Positions 9,228 to 19,406 of a DNA stretch of 64,000 nucleotides are shown piece after piece. The notes under the pieces were generated by a model. It made no database searches. It saw nothing but the letters and a program-made list of their open reading frames with translations, and had not been told where the DNA came from. The stretch is from Candidatus Obscuribacterales bacterium (GTDB lineage Bacteria; Cyanobacteriota; Vampirovibrionia; Obscuribacterales; Obscuribacteraceae): NCBI GenBank assembly GCA_965228855.1, contig CBDDIJ010000003.1, forward strand, positions 448,001 to 512,000. The letters run 5' to 3'. Made by a program: the position numbers and the translations under genes. Position 1 is the stretch's first letter. The number at the start of each line of letters is the position of its first letter.

Positions 9228-12200
9228 GCGGCTCTGCCTCTTGCTCCATCAGCTGTCGATTTAATAATCGTTTGCGGTGGCGTTTCACATTCGGTGAAGC
9301 TGTGGTCGATTTCCTCGACGATGAATCTGCTGTAAAAGAACGTCTTGTTTTTAGCAAAAAGTCTATCTGATACTTCTGTCAGCTCTTTCACATGCTGAAC
9401 GTTTGAACCTCGACTTGTTCTTCGCGCCATCATATTCCAGTAAACAACTCTAGCTCCTGGTTTTGACGCGCGAGCAATCAGTTTCATAATTGACCTGTAG
9501 TTCTCTTCTGAAACGTATTCAAAAACGTCGCTCAGGTTCAAAGAGTCGATGCTCTCTTCGTCGGCTCCCGAGAGGAACTCTTCGATAGACTGCTGGCGCC
9601 ATTCGAGCTTGTCTATGTTTCTTTTGATAGTTTCAAAGTTTTCTCGGCGAATGAATGTCGGCAGAGAGTCGCCGAACTCGCCCTTCAAAATCCAGTGCAA
9701 ATATGGATTCGTGGAAGGATCTTGCTCGACTAGTGCTTTGCGAGTCCACTGCATCAAGGCGCCTGGTAGTCCGCCATCCGCATATGTGAAGAAGCTCGGG
9801 TCTCGACCCAACGAACCCATAACGAACTCAGAGAAGAATACTTTGAAGAGCGCTCTCCATCTAAATGTGTTCCACCTATGGTTGAAAAAACTCTCACGCT
9901 CCGAGCGACATTTAGGTTTTAAAAGCTTATTAACCGTGCGTTTGGAGTGGGTTAAAGGCAGAGAGAAGCGTCGAAACACGTCGAAGTAGTGCTCGAATTT
10001 CCCGGATCTCACCACACCATATTCGATATCGTCGCTGTGTTGGTTCCAGTACTGAAGCGCAGAAGCGCTCAGGAATGCCGATAATGTTGTGAACAGTTCT
10101 AGTCGGTTTTTGCCTGGCTTGTAACCGAGCACAACTAACATCTCCTCGTAGCTGAGATGTTTGAATGCCATCGCCTTCAGTTCCAGCAAGGCTAGCTGCG
10201 CCGGGTTCAGATCTAGCGCAATAACCTTGTGGGGATTTCTGATTAACAAGGCTAAACTGTTGTCGCCTGCCGATGCGATGGAAACGCAGGTGTCTCCGGG
10301 TCTTATCTTCATCGCTTCGATTACGATGTCGCTGTCTTCCCAACATTGCGCGTATCGAACGAATGAGAAACCGGCTTTGTTTTGAATTTCGCTCTTCATG
10401 AGTATTTCGTCCAGCCCATACGAAGTTTCTGATTGTTCAATCTTAGAACTTTGGCTGACACTGGAGTTTGCGCATGCATGCAGTTCAGCTACTGTTTCCG
10501 TTTCACATTGCTCATCGGTAAGAGTGACGTCCGCAATCTGCGCCGTCACCCGTACCTCACCGGTTGCACCGTTGATATCGAGCCAGTCTCCAGAATTTAC
10601 GCTGGTTGTGACATTGGAAACTGAGACGACTGTTGGGATTCCAAGTTCCCTCGCCACGATCGCCGTGTGCGATAACAAGCTCCCGTACTCGACGACTATT
10701 CCGCGAGCCTGTGCGATAACGGTTATCCAGCCGGGATCTGTACGCTTAGCTACCAGAAGTTCGCCTTCCAGCAGATGTTCTATGTTTGGATTTTCAATGA
10801 TTCTCGCGTAACCGGATATGGTGCCGGGGCAGCAACCCAAGCCTTTCATTGAGAATGAACCGCTATCCGACTTAAGCATCCCTTCGCTGACATCCACAGC
10901 AGGCGCATCGGTTTCGAGTTCCGAACAATTCAAGCTCAACCCGTGACGAATACTGAATCTGTCCGGAGGTGCCGGCATGGTTTGAAACATTGCATGATCG
11001 GATCTTCTTGCGCTCGCTAACGACTTAAGACAGGCGCTGCTTGAGGTCCCTTCTATGAAGCGCAAAGCTTCTTCTGTTTCCAGCCAGAATATATCGCTAG
11101 CCTCATCCAAAACGTTCTGACTCGCAAATCGACGCCCAAGCTCCACGAATATTCGGCGGACGGCACCGAAGACGCGTGTTCGCATGAATCGGAGATTTTC
11201 GCGCTCACGAATTCTCGCTCTGGTTTCAGAAAGAACAAGTTTGAACATTGTCAGTTTTAGAGGGTGGGCCCTGAGCGCGTTCAAAGCGTTGCATTCGGCC
11301 TCTTCTCGATTTGTAGAAGCAAAGTCTGTTGCCGCCGAGTTCCTTACGCCGCTCGACTTCGTCTCTGCAAGGCGCACTATCGCGATAATGAAAGCAATGG
11401 GATTATCAGATAGCGTGGGGCTTTCTAGTTTCAATTCACCCGTGCACCGGTCGCCGAACTTGTTTAGATAGGAAACATACTTGGAGTAGAAAACCGGATA
11501 CGATTGCAAGCGTTTATCCATCGATTGAAACTCACTCGTGATCGGCTGTGTCGTTGCTGTTTTCAAAACCGCCAACAGTGTCTCATCGCTCGCTGCTAGC
11601 ATGGCAAGTTCTTGCATTCTGGTTACCGGCTCCGTGCTCACAATGCCTGTTTCTCCACACAATAATTGGTTATGAATACCCTCAAAATTTCCCAACCATC
11701 TTGCGCAGACACCGCGAAGAAGTCCAAATGAGACCATCGCGAAGAAGTCATTTACGATGGGCGCGTCCCACTTCTGAAGCAGGTCTTGTTCCATTGCTCG
11801 ATATATTTTTCCAAGCTCGACCGTAGTAGTTTCGCTAATATTCTGCGGCATTCTTTTAAGTGAAGTCTCGACGCGGGCGTTAAAGTTCTCCACGTCTGAA
11901 TTCAATTTGACCCAGCGCAGAAGAAGTTTTGGAATGGAAACGCTCAAGCTCAGACCGTCCAGAACGCGCTCTTTTAGCGTTAACTCGCGTTTGAATTCGG
12001 CAAGAAACTCTTGCGGCAGCTCAGATTTTACCCCCATCATCTGTTCCATAAATCCGCGATTGGTCTTGAATCCCGGAAAAAGCGAGAGTAAACGGTACCA
12101 GTTGAGAAGGTTGTAGTATATCCGCCCACGCGCGAAACCAAGCATTTGTGGAAAGATAAAAGAGTGTTTTGCGATTGCAGATTCTGAAACACCCATAAGA

Positions 12201-13231
12201 CGGCAGAATGTTTCATACACGTGCTGGTAGGCCTTGCGCGCAAATGAGAAGGTGAGCGGCGTCGTAGTTCCTGGATAGCTCTCGCCGATGTTGCTGTTGT
12301 CAAAGATATCCAGCCTTGCGTCCTGGTTCTCATTGTTCGCTCCAACAGCTTTGCCTCGAGAAGAAGAGAACGTCGGCGACGAAACTGTTTTCAATGTTGT
12401 AATCGGTCGTGATTGAACTATGAATAGTTTATTGAACTTGTCTATCGCCCATTCGATGTCCTGGGGACTACCGAAGATTTCTTCGGCTAGATCCAGGACA
12501 TCGCAAATGTCCTGGAGTTGTTGGTCCGTTAGTGGACAAAGCGATTCGCTGTTTCGTTCAATTACTTCTGCATTCGAAATAACGTATGTTGCCGCATCTA
12601 CCTCGCCGGATACGAGCTTGTCGCCCAGCCCATGCACTGCTGATATGACCTTCTCCGCCGTCTTGCCACTGATCGGGTTTGCTCCGAATGCGACGCCGGA
12701 AGCGATTGCAGGTACCATTCGTTGAATGATCACGCATGGTGGCTCAGGCGGTGCGCTCAAACCGTTCAAGTTTCTGTAAGCACTGAGTTGACTTGTGAAG
12801 GCGGAACGCCAAACTTGCTCTACAGCTGTCGCGACGTTCTTTGCTTTTACGTTCAAAACCGAACTGAATTGCCCTGCGTAAGACAAGTGGGAGCCATCTT
12901 CGTCGAGAGCGGAAGAACGCACTGCTAGATAGACATCATCCAGTTGGTACAGTGCCAGTTCACTTCGCAGCTTGAGTATGGTCGAGGGGCTTAGAGCGAG
13001 GTGCTCAACAATTGAAGCTCTCTCTTTATCGCTTAGCTTCCACCATGAAAGCCGTTCAGATTCACTTAATGCTGCGAAAAATGCTTTCTGGGTCAGCACG
13101 ATGAAGTTGGGAACCTCTAAGTGCGGGTTCGACATCAATCTCGAAAGGTTGAAACCTTTCCCGCCAAGTACGGCCACGTCTGCCGTTTGGTCTGGTGTCC
13201 ATATCTCAAAAGCGTCTTTGATCGTGTCCAT
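9224..13231 (-). CDS. PEP-synthase-like enzyme (ATP-grasp, central domain, His swivel; RPH/PigC-type order) fused to C-terminal DUF3419/BtaA-like SAM-dependent 3-amino-3-carboxypropyl transferase
   Basis: LGGKGFNL, AVRSSALDEDG..SYAGQF, PQDIEWA, QSRPITT, TDPGW, GSLLSHTAIVARELGIP; from aa 945 RYAQCWED, SIASAGDN, DLNPAQ, LSDVFEY. Confidence 0.85.
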   Translation of the reverse strand: MDTIKDAFEIWTPDQTADVAVLGGKGFNLSRLMSNPHLEVPNFIVLTQKAFFAALSESERLSWWKLSDKERASIVEHLALSPSTILKLRSELALYQLDDVYLAVRSSALDEDGSHLSYAGQFSSVLNVKAKNVATAVEQVWRSAFTSQLSAYRNLNGLSAPPEPPCVIIQRMVPAIASGVAFGANPISGKTAEKVISAVHGLGDKLVSGEVDAATYVISNAEVIERNSESLCPLTDQQLQDICDVLDLAEEIFGSPQDIEWAIDKFNKLFIVQSRPITTLKTVSSPTFSSSRGKAVGANNENQDARLDIFDNSNIGESYPGTTTPLTFSFARKAYQHVYETFCRLMGVSESAIAKHSFIFPQMLGFARGRIYYNLLNWYRLLSLFPGFKTNRGFMEQMMGVKSELPQEFLAEFKRELTLKERVLDGLSLSVSIPKLLLRWVKLNSDVENFNARVETSLKRMPQNISETTTVELGKIYRAMEQDLLQKWDAPIVNDFFAMVSFGLLRGVCARWLGNFEGIHNQLLCGETGIVSTEPVTRMQELAMLAASDETLLAVLKTATTQPITSEFQSMDKRLQSYPVFYSKYVSYLNKFGDRCTGELKLESPTLSDNPIAFIIAIVRLAETKSSGVRNSAATDFASTNREEAECNALNALRAHPLKLTMFKLVLSETRARIRERENLRFMRTRVFGAVRRIFVELGRRFASQNVLDEASDIFWLETEEALRFIEGTSSSACLKSLASARRSDHAMFQTMPAPPDRFSIRHGLSLNCSELETDAPAVDVSEGMLKSDSGSFSMKGLGCCPGTISGYARIIENPNIEHLLEGELLVAKRTDPGWITVIAQARGIVVEYGSLLSHTAIVARELGIPTVVSVSNVTTSVNSGDWLDINGATGEVRVTAQIADVTLTDEQCETETVAELHACANSSVSQSSKIEQSETSYGLDEILMKSEIQNKAGFSFVRYAQCWEDSDIVIEAMKIRPGDTCVSIASAGDNSLALLIRNPHKVIALDLNPAQLALLELKAMAFKHLSYEEMLVVLGYKPGKNRLELFTTLSAFLSASALQYWNQHSDDIEYGVVRSGKFEHYFDVFRRFSLPLTHSKRTVNKLLKPKCRSERESFFNHRWNTFRWRALFKVFFSEFVMGSLGRDPSFFTYADGGLPGALMQWTRKALVEQDPSTNPYLHWILKGEFGDSLPTFIRRENFETIKRNIDKLEWRQQSIEEFLSGADEESIDSLNLSDVFEYVSEENYRSIMKLIARASKPGARVVYWNMMARRTSRGSNVQHVKELTEVSDRLFAKNKTFFYSRFIVEEIDHSFTECETPPQTIIKSTADGARGRAA

Positions 13232-13295
13232 GATTCTTCCTTGAGGTCCTTTATAGTTTCGTTTTTCCAGCGCTAATTGATAAATCCTGTGAGTT

Positions 13296-14216
13296 TTAAC
13301 TAAACTGAGTCACCAAAAGCGGTATCAGTCCAATCATCAGGTAGGTCGTTAATGTCCAGGCTCCCGATAATGTATCGAGCCGTTTTGCGGCTGCAGGAGT
13401 GGAAACCGACAGAAATCTTTTGCCGGCCAACCAGCAGCTGAACAGCGAGAATGACAGTACCAATACGGCAAGCGGACCTGAGTGAATCTGGAATGCGGTG
13501 GCAATCGCTAACGCTCCCGAGACACTTATTGCCGCAAGCCAGGCACTTACAGCCCTTTTCTTCCCCCACAGGCGACTGTAAGTGTCGGTGCCGGTAGTTT
13601 CGTCCAGAGGGCTTCTAATTTTTCTACCGAGTTCAATCACAGTTCCAAGTGAAAAGCTGGTCGCCAGGAAGTACAGAAGCGTTAATGGCGGCTCGATGTT
13701 TGAGACCATGAAATGGCACGAGGTGATGAACAGGTCGGTGAAAAACAGAATACACATGTGAGTGACCATATAAATCATGGGATGCCGGCGAAGCCATTCG
13801 CCGATGAAAAACTCTTTCGTCATCAGCAACATATAGGTCCATGCAAGAAAGAGGGGCAGCAGCAGTTTTGCACTCAGAGACGAAACCGCCAGCAATTGCA
13901 GCACGCCCGCTCCAATGCCCAAGGTGCGCAGTTCGAAAAGTGAAACGAGACCGCGTGGCACCGGTCGTTTCGGGTGGTGCTTCGAGTCGTAGTCGTAGTC
14001 CTTGTGCTCATCCGCCACGCGAAGTTGAAAAAACAACATCAATGTCACCGTGAAAGCGACGATGAACATAGGAAGAGTAAGTGGAGCGCGCATGCCGGTT
14101 AAAAGGAACGAAAGTGATAAACCCGACGCGGAGAAGGCTGAAACCAGCAGCGAATAACGGACTAGAGGAAATCGTTCCTTCTGATAGATAATCCATTTTG
14201 AGAGTTTGCCATCCAT
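13296..14216 (-). CDS. UbiA-like prenyltransferase (divergent)
   Basis: YQKERFP, LRVADEHKDYDYD..HPKRPVPRGLVS, multiple TMs; AAGGAA RBS before ATG 14216 (ORF track starts 14447). Confidence 0.78.
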   Translation of the reverse strand: MDGKLSKWIIYQKERFPLVRYSLLVSAFSASGLSLSFLLTGMRAPLTLPMFIVAFTVTLMLFFQLRVADEHKDYDYDSKHHPKRPVPRGLVSLFELRTLGIGAGVLQLLAVSSLSAKLLLPLFLAWTYMLLMTKEFFIGEWLRRHPMIYMVTHMCILFFTDLFITSCHFMVSNIEPPLTLLYFLATSFSLGTVIELGRKIRSPLDETTGTDTYSRLWGKKRAVSAWLAAISVSGALAIATAFQIHSGPLAVLVLSFSLFSCWLAGKRFLSVSTPAAAKRLDTLSGAWTLTTYLMIGLIPLLVTQFS

Positions 14217-14382
14217 GACTGTTTCCTTTCTTAGAAGTGCGCGACAAAGCACGCCCCGCAAGAGCCTTAGAGCAGAAATTTCTTTCCGCCTGCTCGGTAC
14301 TTGCCCGACACTACTAATGTAGTTGACGGCGCGTCGAATGTTCCGCGACTTCAACAGTTCCGAGAGTGTTTGAACCGGGTAT

Positions 14383-16656
14383 ATGCTCAAAATGTCAGCA
14401 GAAGAACCTTGCTCGAAGTGTGGAAAGAAAATTCGGACCGGACGCACCGGTTCGCTGACTCAGTGGCTGTTCACTGAAGACACTTGTGAGTGCGATGGGA
14501 AACTGGCATCTCTCAAGATGCCGGAGTTGGAGCCCAGTTTTGAAGAATCTCGCATGTGCGAGCATTGCGGTAAGCTGCGAAGCGATTCGCGCCAGGGGAG
14601 TCTGACGCAATGGGTTTTCGGTGCGGAACGCTGCAGCTGTGATTACGAGAAGCTGAAACAGAGGCATTCCGGAGAGCTTGGAGAGCAGGCACGAGAAGCG
14701 AAGGCAATTGAAACGGCCGCATACTCAAGCGACATCCCTGTGGAACTCAGAGACGCGCTTGAGAATGGACCGGTCAACTTTCATGGTCTGGCGGAAAACA
14801 GTTTTCCATTTGAGCGTTATCGAATTATCGATGAGAAGGGGCGTGGCTTTGCCGGTATTGTTTACGAAGCCTGGGATCTAATTCTCAGAAAGCGAGTTGC
14901 GATAAAGACTCTATACTCGAAAGCGTGGAGCGCAGAGGAACTCGTTCGCTTTCAGAGCGAAGCTCGTGCATCCAGTCGATTAAGTCACCGCAACGTATTG
15001 CAGATACTCGACTTTGGTTCGTCCGAAGGCGGGCAACCGTATATGGTGATGGAATTTGTCGACGGTATCACGCTGGCCGATTTGATCAAAAGGGAGGGTT
15101 CAATTGAAAGCAAAGATGCGGTGCCTCTGTTCTTGCAGATCTGCGAGGGGGTTCGGCATGCTCATCACAGCGGAATATTGCATCGCGACATCAAGTCCGG
15201 CAACATAATGATTGCAAACGACCGCTCCGGTAACCAGATTGCAAAAGTAATTGATTTCGGCATCGCTGCTCTGGCGCATCATGAGGAAACCGTCTCTACA
15301 TCAGGTGTTTCTAAAACCGAGTCGATAGCCGGGAGTCCGCATTATATGGCTCCGGATCAATTCCGCGGGTATCCTTACGAAATCCGGTCTGACATTTACT
15401 CCATCGGTTGTGTCATGTATGAAACGCTCTGCGGCGTTGTTCCCTACGAGGCTGAAAACGTTATGTCCACTATGTCTCTGCATGCATCAGCGGAGATACC
15501 CGACCTCATCAACACATACGGAGAATCGGTCAACTGCCCGCCTGAGCTTTCAGCGATCGTCCGAAAGTGTTTGGCTAAGGAGCCCGTCGGCCGTTTCAGA
15601 AACACCGATGATTTGCACAAGCAGCTCCTCGACGTCAACGAGATTTTAGGTCTGCCTCCGCCGCCAATAGACGAAGCTACCGATTCAGTCTCATTTAAGA
15701 AGCCATATGAAAAATTCAAAACGCCGTTCATTGTCGCAGCCGCAGTTGCACTTCTTTGCACAGTCGGCTTTCTTTCTTATAAAGGAATCTCTGCTTTGCC
15801 TGCACCGAAGGCGGTGCCCTCGACCAGCAAGATGCTTCTGTTCGATAAAGATGCGCCCGATGAAACTCCCGAACAAATCATCTCCAAAGACCCGTTCGCC
15901 GACCTGGCAACACATGGTTTGATCGTTCAGTGGTCAGAGAAGCAGGGGCGCCTCACTATAGATGGAGAGCAAAGCCCTGACAAAATTCTCAGGCGCGCCT
16001 TGAAAAGAAAGTATCCGGTTAAAGAATTGGAAATTGAAAATGCGGTCATGTCGGATGAAACGTTCTCTATGATTGCTCAGCTACCCGACTTGAACATGCT
16101 CAGTCTCTCCGATGTGTCAGGTGCAAAGCCAGAGGATTGGCACGAGCTTGGAACGTGTAAGAATCTGCGCCATCTGCGATTGACGGATATCAATGCTACC
16201 GACGACTTTATGAGCATGGTCGGTCAGCTGAAATTTCTGGATCATCTGGACATCGACTCTTCTACTGTTAGCGCAAAAGGTTTGAGTCATCTAACTCAAC
16301 TGCCGCTCGAACATCTGAGTTTGAAGACTTCAATGCTGTCATCGGCTCACATGAAAGAGATTGTCAAAATAAAGACGCTCAACCAAATATTTCTTGGAGA
16401 TACATCTCTCTCCGATGCCGATCTCAAATCGCTGCTTTCTCTGGATGTTGTATTGGCGCTCGGGCTCAATGGTTTGCCGATTGAGGATGAAACACTACTT
16501 GCACTTGTGAAAAAGTTTCCCTTGAAGGCTCTGTATGTTTTTCGTTGCGAAAAACTAACCCCGAAAATGATTCACCGCGTTAGCGCGATGCGCCCTTCGT
16601 GTTCGATTTTCGATGACGACAGCGACATCAAAAATGGTTTTGCTCCAATGCAATAA
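14383..16656 (+). CDS. Ser/Thr kinase with two N-terminal Cys-rich repeats, a TM helix and C-terminal leucine-rich repeats (start may be 14392)
   Basis: VAIK, HRDIKSGN, DFG, GSPHYMAPD; TM FIVAAAVALLCTVGFL; LRRs such as LRHLRLTDINATDD, LDHLDIDSSTVSAKGL. Confidence 0.88.
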   Translation: MLKMSAEEPCSKCGKKIRTGRTGSLTQWLFTEDTCECDGKLASLKMPELEPSFEESRMCEHCGKLRSDSRQGSLTQWVFGAERCSCDYEKLKQRHSGELGEQAREAKAIETAAYSSDIPVELRDALENGPVNFHGLAENSFPFERYRIIDEKGRGFAGIVYEAWDLILRKRVAIKTLYSKAWSAEELVRFQSEARASSRLSHRNVLQILDFGSSEGGQPYMVMEFVDGITLADLIKREGSIESKDAVPLFLQICEGVRHAHHSGILHRDIKSGNIMIANDRSGNQIAKVIDFGIAALAHHEETVSTSGVSKTESIAGSPHYMAPDQFRGYPYEIRSDIYSIGCVMYETLCGVVPYEAENVMSTMSLHASAEIPDLINTYGESVNCPPELSAIVRKCLAKEPVGRFRNTDDLHKQLLDVNEILGLPPPPIDEATDSVSFKKPYEKFKTPFIVAAAVALLCTVGFLSYKGISALPAPKAVPSTSKMLLFDKDAPDETPEQIISKDPFADLATHGLIVQWSEKQGRLTIDGEQSPDKILRRALKRKYPVKELEIENAVMSDETFSMIAQLPDLNMLSLSDVSGAKPEDWHELGTCKNLRHLRLTDINATDDFMSMVGQLKFLDHLDIDSSTVSAKGLSHLTQLPLEHLSLKTSMLSSAHMKEIVKIKTLNQIFLGDTSLSDADLKSLLSLDVVLALGLNGLPIEDETLLALVKKFPLKALYVFRCEKLTPKMIHRVSAMRPSCSIFDDDSDIKNGFAPMQ

Positions 16657-16902
16657 CTCCCCGTTTCACTAAAGTTATGCGTCATGGCGGATTGAACCGG
16701 CATGTTGCCCATATCTCACAGGCGGGTAACGGAATTTTTAGAATTTTCCAGATTAAAATTTCAGGTTCGGGTTTGAGTTTCGTATCTTGAAACCGCCGCT
16801 CTGTCGGAATCGATGCACTCGCAGTTTATTTCGTACCAGCGTCGTCTACTATCAGCTACGTAATTTTCCACTTTCATCTGTCTTGCTTACGCGTTACGGT
16901 GA

Positions 16903-18045
16903 ATGCGTGGCATTTTGAGTGCGAACCCGGAGCAATCTCCGGCTGTTCTGGCATACAAAATTTTAGTGGGGTTGCCTATGTTGAACACACTGAAACTGTT
17001 GGTAAATCACTTTCGACCTAAGACGCAAAATAATCCAAGCGGATTAAAAACACCACCGGAATCAAAAAGAATAACGGAACAATCTGAGCATCTGGAAAAG
17101 CTAGTCCACGTGCGTAGTCACATGGATGAGCTCACGACAACAAACGCATTTGATATCAATGCGGTTCGTCAGAAAGTTCATGAAGATCTCAGGACTAGCG
17201 ATCTAAACGCCCGGCAGAAAGATCGGGCTTCAATGAATAAGTGGTTTAACAAGTGCGATCTTACTGATAGCGGATCATTCGATATCACGGCCTTCCAGCG
17301 CCGGATGGAAGAGATGGCGCGCGCCGAGGAAGAGGTATTCATGGAAGCTCTTCCCGCGCAGGAAGATATGTTAATGGCCTTTGGCAAACCCGAACATGAT
17401 TTTTTTGAGAGCGAGAAAATCTCTCTGTCTGGAGTTTTCCTCCGGGTAAACCCAAACGAGGATTTTGAGGATGAGTACAGCACACCATTGTTGCCGAGGT
17501 ATCACTGCAATGACGAAGCTGTATCCGAGCGTCATGAAATCCTGGACGAAACGCCCATTGTTTGCGAAGAATTTGATTTGAATTTTTCCGTGGAGGAAAC
17601 ATACGAGGAGTTGATCGCGGATGCGATTCCATCTCCGATACCGGCGTTCATACCTGTTTCACAAGCGGAAGAAACGTCGGCTCCCGAGCGACCGACAGTC
17701 AAAATAGATGCATCTATATTATTTGAAGAGTGGGTGAATCAAGAAAATTTCGATCCGCTTGCCGTCGAAAATGCAAGCGACGCAATGATCGATTCTGTCA
17801 CTGAAACGGCAATGGATGCGGTTTCTGATGAAGTGCTTGTTGAAGTGAATAGTCAACTCAATTCGCAATGCAAGGAAACTTCTGAAACAAAATTGGCCGC
17901 GAACGTTAAACCCGGCGGTAAGACGTCCAAAAAAACTTCCACGAAGTATTGGGCAGATTCAGATCGTTTAACTCGATTTGGTCGCAGGAAAACATCAGCA
18001 AGTTGCTCTTCAACTCGATTGCCTGCTCTCACACAAATCGCCTAG
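16903..18045 (+). CDS. Hypothetical acidic, probably largely disordered protein
   Basis: 380-aa ORF, Glu/Asp-rich, no recognised motif; start uncertain (16978 possible). Confidence 0.6.
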   Translation: MRGILSANPEQSPAVLAYKILVGLPMLNTLKLLVNHFRPKTQNNPSGLKTPPESKRITEQSEHLEKLVHVRSHMDELTTTNAFDINAVRQKVHEDLRTSDLNARQKDRASMNKWFNKCDLTDSGSFDITAFQRRMEEMARAEEEVFMEALPAQEDMLMAFGKPEHDFFESEKISLSGVFLRVNPNEDFEDEYSTPLLPRYHCNDEAVSERHEILDETPIVCEEFDLNFSVEETYEELIADAIPSPIPAFIPVSQAEETSAPERPTVKIDASILFEEWVNQENFDPLAVENASDAMIDSVTETAMDAVSDEVLVEVNSQLNSQCKETSETKLAANVKPGGKTSKKTSTKYWADSDRLTRFGRRKTSASCSSTRLPALTQIA

Positions 18046-18088
18046 TTGTCGGTCTGTTCTGTTCCGCCAAACGAAAGAAGCACCGACA

Positions 18089-19393
18089 TTAGCCGGTGCT
18101 CCAGACATCTTTCTTCGGTGGTGGATTGTACGCGTGTATTGAAAGCAGAAGTCCGATACACACAAGGTCTACAATCAGCGCCGTTCCTCCATAGCTGAGG
18201 AACGGCAGTGGAACCCCTGTGACTGGCATTATTCCTGTCGTCATTCCCATATTGATGAATGAGTGGAAAATGAACATGCACATGAGCCCCACGGCCATGC
18301 CGCTTCCGGCCGGGTCACCGCGGCAGTTGAATGCAATTTTTATTGCGCGGCAACAAATAATGGCGTACGCCGCGACTACTAAAACAGTGACCTTAAAACC
18401 GAGTTCTTCGCCGACTACCGCGAAGATAAAGTCTGTGTGTCTTTCTGGAATGAACGCTCCCTGACTCTGGTTGCCCTTACCGAGACCGGTTCCCTGGGGG
18501 CCACCGCTGCCGATTGCGATCAGACTCTGGAGAATGTGATATCCGGAACCTCTTGGATCGCTCCAGGGGTTTACGAAACTGGTCAAGCGTTTCTGCTGAT
18601 ACGGCTTCAAGTGTCCCCAAAGTTCAGGTCTGATCGTGCCGATGCCGTAGTTTGCACCTACGACGCCAAGAATAAGGATCAAGCGAACAAATATATTCCA
18701 GTCTTTTCTTCTCCAGAACAGGAGCAGAAAAACTCCGAGTCCACCCAGAAAATAGTGCCACCATGTAATGTCTACTGCGTTTAGAACCAGGCTGACCCCA
18801 GGGCTGGCAAGCAGAATGATGTCGGCAATCGTCGCGCCTGCCCAGAAGGACATGCCCATGAATACCGCCCCGAAAGTTAACGAGGTGCCTAAGTCCGGCT
18901 GTTTGAAAACAAGGAATGCCGGCGGCAGAATGATTGCCAGGGCCTTGAATATGTCGAAAAAGCTGCGGATTGGAAAGCGCTTGAACCAGGCAGCCATTGT
19001 AAATATAACTACGATTTTTGATATCTCAGATGGCTGGAGCGTGATCGGTCCTAGCTGCAGCCAGCGTTGAGCTCCCTGAGCCTCGTGTCCAAGAACCATG
19101 GTGAGGGCTAGTAACCCGAGATTTCCCAGGTAAATAACTGGTATCACCCATGGTTTCACCCAGAAGCGATATGGAATGCGACTAAAGATGAAAAGCAGCA
19201 CGGCACCTGCGCACAGGAAGTCGAACTGCTTTTCATAGTATCCGTATGTTTGTGCCGAATTGCGTAGAACGGTCAGTCCCGTGAAGAGAAGAAAGCCTGT
19301 CGCGCCCAGTAGCCACAAATCAATGCTCGCAAATGTTTGCGAGATGATTTTGGACACATCGTCGAAAGTCGTCCTACGTAATACGTTGTTCAA
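18089..19393 (-). CDS. rodA: Rod shape-determining SEDS peptidoglycan polymerase RodA
   Basis: GAQRWL, LQPSEISK, KQPDLGT, YQQKRL, GYHILQSLIAIGSGG, PERHTDFIF, GVPLPFLSYGG. Confidence 0.92.
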   Translation of the reverse strand: MNNVLRRTTFDDVSKIISQTFASIDLWLLGATGFLLFTGLTVLRNSAQTYGYYEKQFDFLCAGAVLLFIFSRIPYRFWVKPWVIPVIYLGNLGLLALTMVLGHEAQGAQRWLQLGPITLQPSEISKIVVIFTMAAWFKRFPIRSFFDIFKALAIILPPAFLVFKQPDLGTSLTFGAVFMGMSFWAGATIADIILLASPGVSLVLNAVDITWWHYFLGGLGVFLLLFWRRKDWNIFVRLILILGVVGANYGIGTIRPELWGHLKPYQQKRLTSFVNPWSDPRGSGYHILQSLIAIGSGGPQGTGLGKGNQSQGAFIPERHTDFIFAVVGEELGFKVTVLVVAAYAIICCRAIKIAFNCRGDPAGSGMAVGLMCMFIFHSFINMGMTTGIMPVTGVPLPFLSYGGTALIVDLVCIGLLLSIHAYNPPPKKDVWSTG

Positions 19394-19406
19394 TCAGCTT
19401 CGAATC

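Noticed and set aside
9224..13231. Calling this gene ppsA or a rifampin-resistance gene (rph)
   Set aside because: It lacks the C-terminal PEP-binding barrel of PpsA; the biosynthetic context and DUF3419 fusion argue against a simple RPH
14217..14447. N-terminal extension of the UbiA-like ORF overlapping the divergent kinase
   Set aside because: A clear RBS and family-like N-terminus at ATG 14216 make the extension an ORF-calling artefact; the same applies to 4187-4420
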